A stretch of 58,743 nucleotides of DNA, taken from contig JBOGKJ010000362.1 in assembly GCA_050745565.1 (NCBI GenBank), forward strand, positions 1 through 58,743, written 5' to 3'. The notes under the pieces were generated by a model. It was not told where the DNA came from. It worked only from the letters and a program-made list of their open reading frames with translations, and did no database searches. Positions 20,201-27,849 of this stretch are shown here, piece after piece; position 1 is the stretch's first letter; each line of letters starts with the position of its first letter. This DNA comes from Terriglobales bacterium (GTDB lineage Bacteria > Acidobacteriota > Terriglobia > Terriglobales > SCQP01). A program made the position numbers and the translations under genes.

Positions 20201-20533
20201 AGCTCGCTCGACGGCTTCCAGAAGAAGCTCCTGGGGGTCGAACTGCAACTGCTGTCGCACTCGTCCATGCAGAGCGACGACAAGTACTACCCCGAGCAAT
20301 ACAAGGTCTACATGAACCTGATCTGGTTCAACGGCGAAATCGGCAGCGGCGCCGGCGACGTCGCCGGCGGCGCCGACCACCGGCCGACCGACGTCTCCTA
20401 CCCGATCCTTGACGGGATCGAGAAGCAGATGGCCACGGCCAAGGCTGGTTTCAATCAACTGATGAACGTGGACCTGGCCGCCTTCAACCGCGAGATGGCG
20501 GGCAAGCTGCCCGCCATCACCACGCAGCCGTAG
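17255..20533 (+). CDS. Sortilin/VPS10-like BNR-repeat protein (annotated in relatives as glycosyl hydrolase BNR repeat)
   Basis: 1092 aa with a signal peptide. Repeated S/TxDxGxTW motifs (STDGGHTF, SSDAGATW, TTDGGAHW, SHDGGATW, SDDGGVTW, TTDGGQSW, TRDGGANW, TTDFGQTW, LNDGQSW). Confidence 0.75.
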   Translation: MNMKLAMAVVAAMSVAAVGQRFGRGPAGPQRAQTPAALHFDYLGPQPSGRIAAAAGVEGDPNTYYLGASSGGVWKSTDGGHTFKPVFDGEDALAIGALAVAPSDPNTVWAGTGEAWAIRDIDMMGDGIYKSSDAGATWTHLGLEKTGRIGRILVSPADVNTVYVCALGTTTGPQQDRGVFKTTDGGAHWQRVLFVNPWTGCSGLAMDAHDPNTLLAGTWQVLMHTWGEFSGTWPGYTGTPGSGVYISHDGGATWTHITEGMPKPPVGKIDVAIAPSDSQRMYALIQTADQGSLWRSDDGGVTWRDENWNRTLIGRAGYYIRIAVNPQNEDDVLVTNSGFHRSYNGGKTFDEPRPRPAPGAPRLDASCGDCHDIWMDPKIPGRYVLTDDGGASIATGHNVLSVRIPDGQMYHVALDNQVPYWVYTNRQDNGTMRGPSNGPEGTGNGVVPGVAQNPRAPGRGGRGGFGGRGEQAPAWQYALGGCESGFTIPDPKDPNIIWASCYGDEITRYDAREGIARSVSPWMHTLDSQPNLLKYRCHWTPPMAVDPFDGSVYYGCQVIFHTTDGGQSWKVISPDLSTHNPAHIVSSGGLVGDNLGQFYGDVVFAIAPSPVQRHLLWAGTNDGKLWYTRDGGANWVDVTSHIHGLPAEGTVVQISPSHFDPATAYVAFDLHLDNDTNPYLFKTTDFGQTWTRISDGLPHGNPLDYTRSIADNPNRKGMLFAGTGHGFFYSLNDGQSWAQFQKDLPQTAVTWITVEPRYHDVVVSTYGRGIYVLRNISLLEQTGETAPAADATRLYKPTAGFRMPRSGNAGFEFSLAAAPAAPLQFEIHDANGAVIRTFEAAGHAGLNRVTWDLRYEAPTQVALRSTPPDNPTIWQEPRFRGHDTRPVVHWGIEGAVRTGPIAAPGNYTVSVAVDGKTLSQPFTVLKDPAIEASDADLVASTKMQVRVRNDMNEAADMINRLEIVRRHVQDDTAQNKPRPELVSSLDGFQKKLLGVELQLLSHSSMQSDDKYYPEQYKVYMNLIWFNGEIGSGAGDVAGGADHRPTDVSYPILDGIEKQMATAKAGFNQLMNVDLAAFNREMAGKLPAITTQP

Positions 20534-20555
20534 TTCCGCCTTCCGAAATGCGGGG

Positions 20556-20657
20556 CATTGACGGGCGCGGGCCCCTGCCCGGCTACGCCGTGCATCCCGC
20601 TTGGGCTCGCGCCGGCCCGGGGCCCGGTGAGCCCAAGCCGGCGCGAGCCTCGCGGGG
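20556..20657 (+). repeat. Module B, copy B1
   Basis: CATTGACGGGCGCGGGCCCCTGCCCGGCTACGCCGTGCATCCCGCTTGGGCTCGCGCCGGCCCGGGGCCCGGTGAGCCCAAGCCGGCGCGAGCCTCGCGGGG, with a long imperfect hairpin CTTGGGCTCG...TGAGCCCAAG (CGAGCCCAAG in copy B3). Confidence 0.9.
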
Positions 20658-20827
20658 CGGCGAAGGGCACAGTCCCGCGCCGGTTTGTGTATTCCGGATG
20701 GCGGGGGCCGGGGGCTCAGGCCCGGTTCAGAGCCGGTCGGGTAAACTGCCCGCGATTACGGGATGGCTCTGGGCAGGCGTTCAGCGATCCGCATCGGGCG
20801 TGAGCTAGGTGGGCCAGCGGCGGCATC

Positions 20828-20953
20828 CATTGACGGGCGCGGGCCCCTGCCCCTGCTCGCTGAGACGCTCGCAGCGCCGGACCCGCACTCGAAGGGCTGT
20901 GGAGCGCCGGCCCGGGGGCCCGGCGAACCCAAGCCGGCGCGAACCTCGCGGGG
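20828..20953 (+). repeat. Module B-prime, copy B'2 (B ends with a different ~60-nt internal segment)
   Basis: Same 5' CATTGACGGGCGCGGGCCCCTGCCC and 3' GGCCCGGCGAACCCAAGCCGGCGCGAACCTCGCGGGG as B. The internal segment is CTGCTCGCTGAGACGCTCGCAGCGCCGGACCCGCACTCGAAGGGCTGTGGAGCGCCGG. Confidence 0.9.
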
Positions 20954-20963
20954 CTGCCGCGGC

Positions 20964-20969
20964 TATACT
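20964..20969 (+). promoter_or_regulatory. -10-like TATACT positioned for a leaderless mRNA
   Basis: TATACT, then 6 nt, then ATG 20976. There is no SD. Confidence 0.35.
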
Positions 20970-20975
20970 CGCGCC

Positions 20976-21416
20976 ATGCGCGATTTCCTGCACGACCACT
21001 CGCTCACGCTCGCCGCCGGGGGCGTTTTGCTGCTGTGGATCATTCTTTATTTGGTCTCGAACCCCAGCACCCACTTCGGCAACTTCTTCGGCAATGCCAT
21101 CGCCGACTGGTCGGGCGTGGTGGTGATGGTGGTCGCGACCAAGTTCATGTACGAACGTGGATCGAGCGAGAGCCGCACGCCGCCGCCGGATGATCAGGGC
21201 CACCGCCTGCTGGATTTTCTGCGCGACCACTCGCTGACCGTATTCCTGGCACTAACACTCGTGGGCTGGGTTTATTGGTACGCGCACGTGGACGTCAATG
21301 GCAAGTGGGGGCAGGTGGTGGGCAACATCGTCAGCGAATGGACGCAGGCGATCGGCATGGTGCTGCTGACCAAACGCTTCATTGAGCGCCATTCCAAAGA
21401 ATCGGCCGAGGAATGA
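20976..21416 (+). CDS. Small membrane protein made of two tandem ~65-aa two-helix modules (resembles the DUF6766 family)
   Basis: The halves RDFLHDHSLT...NAIADWSGVVVMVVATKFMYERGSSESR and LDFLRDHSLT...NIVSEWTQAIGMVLLTKRFIERHSKES align. The part of the ORF upstream of ATG 20976 is repeat DNA. Confidence 0.55.
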   Translation: MRDFLHDHSLTLAAGGVLLLWIILYLVSNPSTHFGNFFGNAIADWSGVVVMVVATKFMYERGSSESRTPPPDDQGHRLLDFLRDHSLTVFLALTLVGWVYWYAHVDVNGKWGQVVGNIVSEWTQAIGMVLLTKRFIERHSKESAEE

Positions 21417-21441
21417 GCCCCAGCACTCGCTCCCGGCAATC

Positions 21442-21459
21442 TTGACTTTTTAGTACAGA
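21442..21459 (+). promoter_or_regulatory. Candidate Rrf2/IscR-type operator overlapping a -35-like TTGACT upstream of sufB
   Basis: TTGACTTTTTAGTACA resembles the GACT-AT-rich-AGTC core of the E. coli IscR type-1 site, but with a 4-nt rather than 5-nt spacer and one arm mismatch. Confidence 0.3.
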
Positions 21460-21476
21460 TTTGCCAGCCTGAAGGA

Positions 21477-22925
21477 GTGAGCACTCAGGCACAAGACTTA
21501 GAGGCCCTGGCGAACCGCGAGTACCAGTATGGTTTCGTCAGCGCCATTGACGCCGACACCATTCCGCGCGGGCTGAACGAAGACATCATCCACCTGATCT
21601 CGGCCAAGAAGCAGGAGCCGGAATTCATGCTGCAGTGGCGGCTGCGGGCCTACCGGCAGTGGCTCAAGATGACCGAGCCCACATGGCAGAACGTCCACTA
21701 TGCGCCGATTGATTACCAGGACATCATCTATTACTCCGCGCCCAAAACCTTCGCCGACGGCCCCAAGAGCCTGGAGGAGGTAGACCCGGAACTGCTTGAG
21801 GTCTACGAAAAGCTGGGTGTGCCGCTGCGCGAGCGCGAGCTGTTGGCGGGTGTGGCGGTGGACGCGATTTTCGACAGCGTCTCGGTGGCGACCACATTCC
21901 GGGAGAAGCTGGCGTCGGAGGGAGTGATCTTCTGTTCGTTCTCCGAGGCTGTGCGCGAGCACCCGGCGCTGATCGAGAAGTACCTGGGCTCGGTCGTGCC
22001 CTACACCGACAACTTCTTCGCCACGCTGAACTCGGCGGTGTTCAGCGACGGTTCGTTCTGCTACATCCCGAAGGGCGTGCGCTGCCCGATGGAGCTTTCG
22101 AGCTATTTCCGCATCAACTCCAATGAGAGCGGCCAGTTCGAGCGGACGCTGATCATTGCCGACGAAGGCGCCAAGGTCAGCTATCTGGAAGGCTGCACCG
22201 CGCCCAAGCGCGACAAGAACCAGTTGCACGCGGCGGTGGTGGAGCTGGTGGCGCTCGACAACGCGCAGATCAAGTACTCGACGGTGCAGAACTGGTACCC
22301 GGGCGACAAAGAAGGCAAGGGCGGAATTTTCAACTTTGTGACCAAGCGCGGCAAGTGCCTGGGGCGGCACTCGAAGATTTCCTGGACACAGGTGGAAACC
22401 GGCTCCGCCATCACCTGGAAGTACCCGAGCTGCATCCTGCAGGGCGACGACTCGGTGGGCGAGTTCTATTCGGTGGCGCTGACCAAGAACCGGCAGCAGG
22501 CCGACACCGGCACCAAGATGCTGCACTTGGGCAAGCGCACGCGCAGCACGATTGTGAGCAAGGGCATATCGGCCGGCCATGGGCAGAACACCTACCGCGG
22601 CGCGGTGCGGATACTGGCCGGCGCCGAGGGGGCGCGCAACTACTCGCAGTGCGATTCGCTGCTGATCGGCGACCAGTGCGGGGCGCACACGTTCCCGGTG
22701 CTGGAGGTGAAGAACCCGACCGCGCAGGTGGAGCACGAGGCTTCGACCTCGCGCATTGGCGAGGACCAGTTGTTCTACTGCCGCCAGCGCGGCATTTCGA
22801 ACGAAGATGCGGTTTCGATGATCGTCAACGGGTTTTGCAAGGAAGTGTTCCGCGAGCTGCCGATGGAATTTGCCGTCGAGGCGCAGAAGCTGCTGGGCAT
22901 CAGTCTCGAAGGCAGCGTCGGGTAA
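21477..22925 (+). CDS. sufB: Fe-S cluster assembly scaffold SufB
   Basis: Conserved along its length ([50 protein letters not shown]). GTG start is immediately preceded by GAAGGA. The start is uncertain by a few codons. Confidence 0.95.
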   Translation: MSTQAQDLEALANREYQYGFVSAIDADTIPRGLNEDIIHLISAKKQEPEFMLQWRLRAYRQWLKMTEPTWQNVHYAPIDYQDIIYYSAPKTFADGPKSLEEVDPELLEVYEKLGVPLRERELLAGVAVDAIFDSVSVATTFREKLASEGVIFCSFSEAVREHPALIEKYLGSVVPYTDNFFATLNSAVFSDGSFCYIPKGVRCPMELSSYFRINSNESGQFERTLIIADEGAKVSYLEGCTAPKRDKNQLHAAVVELVALDNAQIKYSTVQNWYPGDKEGKGGIFNFVTKRGKCLGRHSKISWTQVETGSAITWKYPSCILQGDDSVGEFYSVALTKNRQQADTGTKMLHLGKRTRSTIVSKGISAGHGQNTYRGAVRILAGAEGARNYSQCDSLLIGDQCGAHTFPVLEVKNPTAQVEHEASTSRIGEDQLFYCRQRGISNEDAVSMIVNGFCKEVFRELPMEFAVEAQKLLGISLEGSVG

Positions 22926-22927
22926 AA

Positions 22928-22976
22928 GAGTGGGGAGTGGGGAGTGGGAAGCGGGCGTGGGTGCATGGGGGACAGG
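22928..22976 (+). repeat. G-rich heptad array and G-quadruplex-type motif in the sufB-sufC spacer
   Basis: GAGTGGG x3 exact, then AAGCGGG CGTGGGT GCATGGG GGACAGG. Six G-runs of 3 or more separated by loops of 3-5 nt. The array ends 7 nt before the sufC ATG. Confidence 0.9.
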
Positions 22977-22983
22977 ATACGGA

Positions 22984-23763
22984 ATGCTGGAGATACGGAA
23001 TTTGCATGCCGAGGTGGCGGGGCGCGAGATCCTGCGTGGCCTCGATTTGACGGTGAAGGCGGGCGAGGTGCACGCCATCATGGGACCGAACGGGAGCGGC
23101 AAGTCCACGCTGGCGCAGGTGCTGGCCGGGCGCGACACCTATGCCGTCACCGCCGGCGAGGTGCGCTATCAGGGCGGAGACCTTTTCGAGCTCTCGCCCG
23201 AGGACCGGGCGCGGTCGGGGCTGTTTCTGGCGTTCCAGTACCCGGTTGAGATTCCCGGGGTGAGCAACCAGTACTTTCTGCGCGCGGCGCTGAATGCCAT
23301 CCGCAAGTATCAGGGCCAGGAGGAGTTGGACGCGGTGGACTTCCTGGCGCTGGTGCAGCAGAAGATGCGGCTGCTGCACATGGACGAGGCGCTGATGAAG
23401 CGGGCGGTCAACGAGGGCTTTTCCGGCGGCGAAAAGAAGCGCAACGAAATCTTCCAGATGGCGGTGCTGGAGCCGAAGCTGGCGATACTGGACGAAACCG
23501 ACAGCGGGCTCGACATTGACGCGCTGAAGATGGTGGCGGAGGGGGTGAACGCGCTGCGCGCGCCGGAGCGGGCCATATTGCTCGTCACGCACTACCAGCG
23601 GCTGCTGAACTACATCGTGCCCGATTACGTGCACGTGCTTTCGAATGGGCGGATCGTCAAGAGCGGGGGCAAGGAGCTGGCGCTCGAGCTCGAGGAGAAG
23701 GGCTACCAGTGGCTATGCGAGCCGGAGCCGGAGGCGGTGGGCCGCGGACGGGCAGGGGCCTGA
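22984..23763 (+). CDS. sufC: Fe-S cluster assembly ATPase SufC
   Basis: MLEIRNLHAEV start, Walker A GPNGSGKST, signature FSGGEKKRNE, Walker B LAILDETDSGLD. The ORF track start at 22870 lies in the spacer. Confidence 0.95.
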   Translation: MLEIRNLHAEVAGREILRGLDLTVKAGEVHAIMGPNGSGKSTLAQVLAGRDTYAVTAGEVRYQGGDLFELSPEDRARSGLFLAFQYPVEIPGVSNQYFLRAALNAIRKYQGQEELDAVDFLALVQQKMRLLHMDEALMKRAVNEGFSGGEKKRNEIFQMAVLEPKLAILDETDSGLDIDALKMVAEGVNALRAPERAILLVTHYQRLLNYIVPDYVHVLSNGRIVKSGGKELALELEEKGYQWLCEPEPEAVGRGRAGA

Positions 23764-23766
23764 GCG

Positions 23767-25101
23767 ATGGCGATGCTGGGGTTGAAGGACGCGACCACGG
23801 GCGTGTTCGCCAGCTACATGGCGCGCTTCGCCGGGCTGAACCCGCGCCCGGCGTGGCTGCAGGAGCTGCGGCAGCGGGCATTCCAGCGCTTCACGGAGCT
23901 GGGCTTTCCGGGGCGCAAGCACGAGCAGTGGCGGCAGACCAACATCGCCCCCATCGCTGAAGCGATCTTCGAGCCGCAGCCGGCGCCGGGCCCGCGCGAG
24001 TTGGTGGAGCGGCTGCGCGCGCTCGACCTGCCGGGCGTGGACTGGAGCGGGGAGGCCGCGCGGCTGGTGTTCGTCAACGGCGGCTATGCGCCGGGGTTGT
24101 CGTCGGAGGGCAGCGGCGATGGGGTGCGGGTGGGCGCGCTGGCGCCGCTGCTGATGGCGCACGACGCCGAGGTGGCGGACCTGTTGGAGTTTGAAGACGA
24201 GAGCGACCAGGCGTTCGTGCAACTCAACACAGCGTTTCTGGCCGACGGCGCGTATGTGGCGATTGCGCCGGGGACGGTGCTGGAGCGGCCGGTTAGCATC
24301 CTCCATATCACCACGGGGAGCGCGGCGCACAGGGGCATATCCCATCCGCGGACGCTGATCGTGGCGGGACGCGAGAGCCAGGCGGCGGTGGTCGAAACCT
24401 GCGCGGGCTTTGAAGGCGACGTTTATTTCGCCAATGCGGTCACGATGGCGGAGGTGGGCGAAAACGCCTCACTCGAGTACGTGCGGCTGGAGCAGGAAAG
24501 CCGCGCCGCCTTCCACATTTCGAAATTGCGCGCGCGGCAGCGGCGCGACAGCCGCTTCCGCGGCCACAGCATCGCGCTCGGGGGCGCGCTGGTGCGCAAC
24601 AACGTGCACGTCATCCTGGATGGCGAGGGCGCCGAGTGCACCCTCAATGGCCTCTACGCGCTGGACGGCACGCAGCACGTGGACAACGCCACGGTGCTCG
24701 ACCACGCCCAGCCGCTCGGCACCAGCCGCGAGTACTACAAAGGCGTACTCGACGGCAAGGCGGTCGGGGTGTTCAACGGGCGCATCATCGTGCGTCCGGG
24801 GGCGCAGCACACCGACGCCATTCAGAGCAACAAGAACCTGCTGCTGTCGGAGTCGGCGGCGACGGTCAACGCCCAGCCGCAACTGGAAATCTACGCCGAC
24901 GACGTGCGCTGCACCCATGGCGCCACCGTGGGCCAGCTCGACGCGCAGGCGCTGTTCTACCTGCGCTCGCGCGGGCTCGGGCTGGAGGAGAGCCGCAAGC
25001 TGCTGATCTACGCCTTTGCCGCCGACGTGCTGGGGCGGGTGCAGGCGCCGGGGATGCGCGAAGCGCTGGAGGAGTTGGTGTGGAAGAAGTGGGCACAGTA
25101 A
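23767..25101 (+). CDS. sufD: Fe-S cluster assembly protein SufD
   Basis: Position between sufC and sufS, 444 aa, C-terminal SufB/SufD beta-helix motifs (QLEIYADDVRCTHGATVGQLD). Confidence 0.9.
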   Translation: MAMLGLKDATTGVFASYMARFAGLNPRPAWLQELRQRAFQRFTELGFPGRKHEQWRQTNIAPIAEAIFEPQPAPGPRELVERLRALDLPGVDWSGEAARLVFVNGGYAPGLSSEGSGDGVRVGALAPLLMAHDAEVADLLEFEDESDQAFVQLNTAFLADGAYVAIAPGTVLERPVSILHITTGSAAHRGISHPRTLIVAGRESQAAVVETCAGFEGDVYFANAVTMAEVGENASLEYVRLEQESRAAFHISKLRARQRRDSRFRGHSIALGGALVRNNVHVILDGEGAECTLNGLYALDGTQHVDNATVLDHAQPLGTSREYYKGVLDGKAVGVFNGRIIVRPGAQHTDAIQSNKNLLLSESAATVNAQPQLEIYADDVRCTHGATVGQLDAQALFYLRSRGLGLEESRKLLIYAFAADVLGRVQAPGMREALEELVWKKWAQ

Positions 25102-26318
25102 CGGAAGTCCGGCGCAAGCTGGCCGAGGCCCGCGGCGATTTCCCGCTGCTGCGTCTGAACCCGGAGTTGGCCTACCTCGACAGCGCGGCCACGGCGCAGA
25201 AGCCGCAGGCGGTGCTGGATGCGCTCAACCACTTTTACACCGCCACCTGCGCCAACATCCATCGTTCGGTGCACCGGCTGGGCGAGCGCGCCACGGCCGA
25301 CTACGAAGCCGCGCGGGAGAGGGCGCGGCGCTTCGTGAACGCCGCGAACCCGCAGGAGATCGTGTTTGTGCGCGGCGCCACCGAGGCCGTCAATCTGGTG
25401 GCGCAAACCCTGGCACGCGCGGAGTTGCGCGCGGGCGACGAGGTGTTGATCACCGGCCTTGAGCACCATTCGAACATCGTCCCCTGGCAGATGGCGTGCG
25501 AGGCAAGCGGGGCGACGCTGCGGGTGGCGCCGATCAACGACCGCGGCGAGGTGCCGCTCGAGGCGTTCACGGCGCTGCTGTCGCCGCGGACGAAGATCGC
25601 GGCGTTCGCGCACATCTCGAACGCGCTGGGCACGGTGAACCCGGTGCGGGCAATGGTGGCGGCGGCGCGCGCCGCCGGCGCCGCCACGCTGATTGACGGC
25701 GCCCAGGCGGCGCCGCACGCGCGGATTGACGTACAGGAGCTCGACTGCGACTTCTATGCAATCTCGGGGCACAAGATGTACGGGCCGTCGGGCATCGGCA
25801 TCCTTTATGGGCGCGAGCGCTGGCTGGAGCGGCTGCCGCCGTGGCAGGGTGGCGGGGACATGATCCGCTCGGTGACCTTCGAGGAGACGCTCTACAACGA
25901 ACTGCCCTATAAGTTCGAGGCGGGCACGCCGCACATCGCTGGCGCCATCGGGCTGGGGGCGGCGATCGAGTATCTGGAGGGGTGGGGGTTGGAGCGGATT
26001 GCGCGACATGAGCACGCGCTGCTGGAGTACGGCACGGAGCGGCTGCGGGAGATTCCGGGGTTGCGGCTGATCGGCACGGCAGCGGAGAAGGCGGCGGTGC
26101 TGTCGTTTGTGATGGAGGGCATCCACCCGCATGATGTGGGGACGGTGCTGGACGCGGCGGGGGTGGCGGTGCGCGCCGGCCACCACTGCGCCCAGCCGGT
26201 CATGGAGAAGTTCGGGATTGCCGCCACCACGCGCGCCTCGCTGGGGCTGTACAACACGCGCGAGGACCTGGACCGGCTGGCGCGCGGCCTGGAAAAAACG
26301 CAGCAGATGTTTGGCTGA
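25089..26318 (+). CDS. sufS: Cysteine desulfurase SufS (class V aminotransferase)
   Basis: PLP-lysine motif ISGHKMYGPSG and active-site RAGHHCAQP. No ATG is present. An in-frame GTG at 25089 (or 25080) overlaps the sufD stop. The 150 codons further upstream in the ORF track overlap sufD and are not credited. Confidence 0.9.
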   Translation: MGTVTEVRRKLAEARGDFPLLRLNPELAYLDSAATAQKPQAVLDALNHFYTATCANIHRSVHRLGERATADYEAARERARRFVNAANPQEIVFVRGATEAVNLVAQTLARAELRAGDEVLITGLEHHSNIVPWQMACEASGATLRVAPINDRGEVPLEAFTALLSPRTKIAAFAHISNALGTVNPVRAMVAAARAAGAATLIDGAQAAPHARIDVQELDCDFYAISGHKMYGPSGIGILYGRERWLERLPPWQGGGDMIRSVTFEETLYNELPYKFEAGTPHIAGAIGLGAAIEYLEGWGLERIARHEHALLEYGTERLREIPGLRLIGTAAEKAAVLSFVMEGIHPHDVGTVLDAAGVAVRAGHHCAQPVMEKFGIAATTRASLGLYNTREDLDRLARGLEKTQQMFG

Positions 26319-26347
26319 AGGCGGTTGTAGGAAATTGGTCGTTGGTT

Positions 26348-26815
26348 ATGTCGCAACTGGATGATCTTTATCAGGAACTAATCCTCGACCACAGCAAGCG
26401 GCCGCGGCGGTTCGGGCCCCTGGCGGAGGCCAACCGCCAGGCGGAGGGCTTCAACCGGCTGTGCGGCGACCGGGTGACGGTGCGGCTGGAAATGGAGGGC
26501 GGCCGCGTGCGCCAGGTGCGGTTCCAGGGCTCCGGCTGCGCCATCTCGACCGCCAGCGCCTCGCTGATGGCCGAGGCAGTGGAGGGGAAGACGCGGGAGG
26601 AGGCTGAGCGGTTGTTCCAGCGCTTTCATGCGATGGTGACGGGGCGCACGCCGGCGGCGGGGGCGGCGGACGAGGCGCCGCTGGGCAAGCTGGCGGTATT
26701 TGCCGGGGTGAGCGAGTACCCGGCGCGGGTCAAGTGCGCGAGCCTCGCCTGGCACACGCTGGAGCGGGCGTTGCACGGCGAGCCGGACAGGAAGGCGCCG
26801 GTGACCACGGAGTAG
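26348..26815 (+). CDS. sufU: SufU/IscU-like sulfur-transfer/scaffold protein
   Basis: LYQELILDHSKRPRR, NRLCGD, GSGCAISTASAS and KCASLAWHTL are the conserved Cys-containing SufU motifs. Confidence 0.85.
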   Translation: MSQLDDLYQELILDHSKRPRRFGPLAEANRQAEGFNRLCGDRVTVRLEMEGGRVRQVRFQGSGCAISTASASLMAEAVEGKTREEAERLFQRFHAMVTGRTPAAGAADEAPLGKLAVFAGVSEYPARVKCASLAWHTLERALHGEPDRKAPVTTE

Positions 26816-26817
26816 CC

Positions 26818-27342
26818 ATGGACGATTTTCTGCTGCGCGAAGCCGATCACAAAGAGGCCATCGCCGCCGAACTCGACCAGAACGGCGAGCCGGCGGTGCG
26901 CAAGGAGGCCGAGCGCCAGCGCGACGCCGCGCGCGAGTTGCGGCGCGAGTGGGAACGGCGGCAGCCGGCGGCGGCAGCGGCCGTGGCCGAGCCGGCGGCC
27001 GCGGCCGCAGCCCCGGCGGACGAGTCACCGGAGAATGCCGAGCTGCGCGAGTACATCATTGATGTCATCAAGAGCTGCTACGACCCCGAGATCCCGATCA
27101 ACGTTTACGACCTCGGCCTGATTTACGCCATCCGCATCGGCCCGGAAGGCATGGTCGAGGTGGACATGACCCTCACCGCGCCCGGCTGCCCCGCCGCCGG
27201 CGTGCTGCCGGGCGAGGTCGAGAGCAAAGTCCGCTCGGTGCCCGGCGTGAGCGATGTGAAACTGGATCTGGTGTGGGAGCCGCCCTGGGATCAGAACAAA
27301 ATGTCGGCTGCCGCGCGCCTGCAACTTGGCATCGATTGGTGA
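26818..27342 (+). CDS. DUF59/MIP18-family Fe-S assembly protein (SufT-like) with a ~70-aa charged, Ala-rich N-terminal extension
   Basis: C-terminal YDPEIPINVYDLGLIY...MTLTAPGCPAAG...DVKLDLVWEPPW is the DUF59 signature. The ATG at 26818 overlaps the sufU stop region. Confidence 0.8.
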   Translation: MDDFLLREADHKEAIAAELDQNGEPAVRKEAERQRDAARELRREWERRQPAAAAAVAEPAAAAAAPADESPENAELREYIIDVIKSCYDPEIPINVYDLGLIYAIRIGPEGMVEVDMTLTAPGCPAAGVLPGEVESKVRSVPGVSDVKLDLVWEPPWDQNKMSAAARLQLGIDW

Positions 27343-27348
27343 TTCCCC

Positions 27349-27849
27349 ATGAAATTCTCAAGCCAGGAAGAATACGGCCTTCGCTGCCTGCTGCGGCTGG
27401 GCATGCGCCATCCCACTGACGGCGCGGCTCCGGGCAGCCTGACCATTGCCGAGGTCAGCCGCCAGGAGGGCCTCTCGGCCGCCTACGTCGCCAAGCTGAT
27501 GCGCGTGCTGCGCACCGGCGGGCTGGTGACCAGCGCCCGCGGCGCGGCCGGTGGCTACGTGCTGGCGCGTGCGCCGGAGCGGATCTCGGTGGGCGAGGCG
27601 CTGGCGGTGCTGGGCGGGCGGTTGTATGAGCCGCAGTTCTGCAAGGAGCACTCCGGCGACGAGCGCGTCTGCACGCACTCGGTGGACTGCTCGCTGCGCT
27701 CGCTGTGGCGCTCGCTGCAACTCGTGCTCGACCAGGTGCTCGACAAGACCACGCTGCGCGACCTGCTCTGCAATGAAACCGAAATGACCAGCTGGATCGG
27801 CCACCTAGTCAGCGTCAGCGGCCTGGCCTCGAATGCCTCGCGAAACTGA
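27349..27849 (+). CDS. Rrf2-family transcriptional regulator (IscR/SufR-like, Cys-containing)
   Basis: N-terminal wHTH MKFSSQEEYGLRCLLRL...IAEVSRQEGLSAAYVAKLMRVLRTGGLVTSARGAAGGYVLA. Cys cluster CKEHSGDERVCTHSVDC. Confidence 0.85.
   Translation: MKFSSQEEYGLRCLLRLGMRHPTDGAAPGSLTIAEVSRQEGLSAAYVAKLMRVLRTGGLVTSARGAAGGYVLARAPERISVGEALAVLGGRLYEPQFCKEHSGDERVCTHSVDCSLRSLWRSLQLVLDQVLDKTTLRDLLCNETEMTSWIGHLVSVSGLASNASRN

Noticed and set aside
24636-25088. 150-codon N-terminal extension of sufS overlapping sufD
   Set aside because: The extension is Arg/Ala/Gly-rich with no aminotransferase similarity, and it overlaps the conserved sufD C-terminus. SufS homology begins just after the in-frame GTG at 25089.
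26320-26347. Possible fourth heptamer array in the sufS-sufU spacer (TGGTCGT TGGTTAT)
   Set aside because: There are only two imperfect units, which is not distinguishable from chance.
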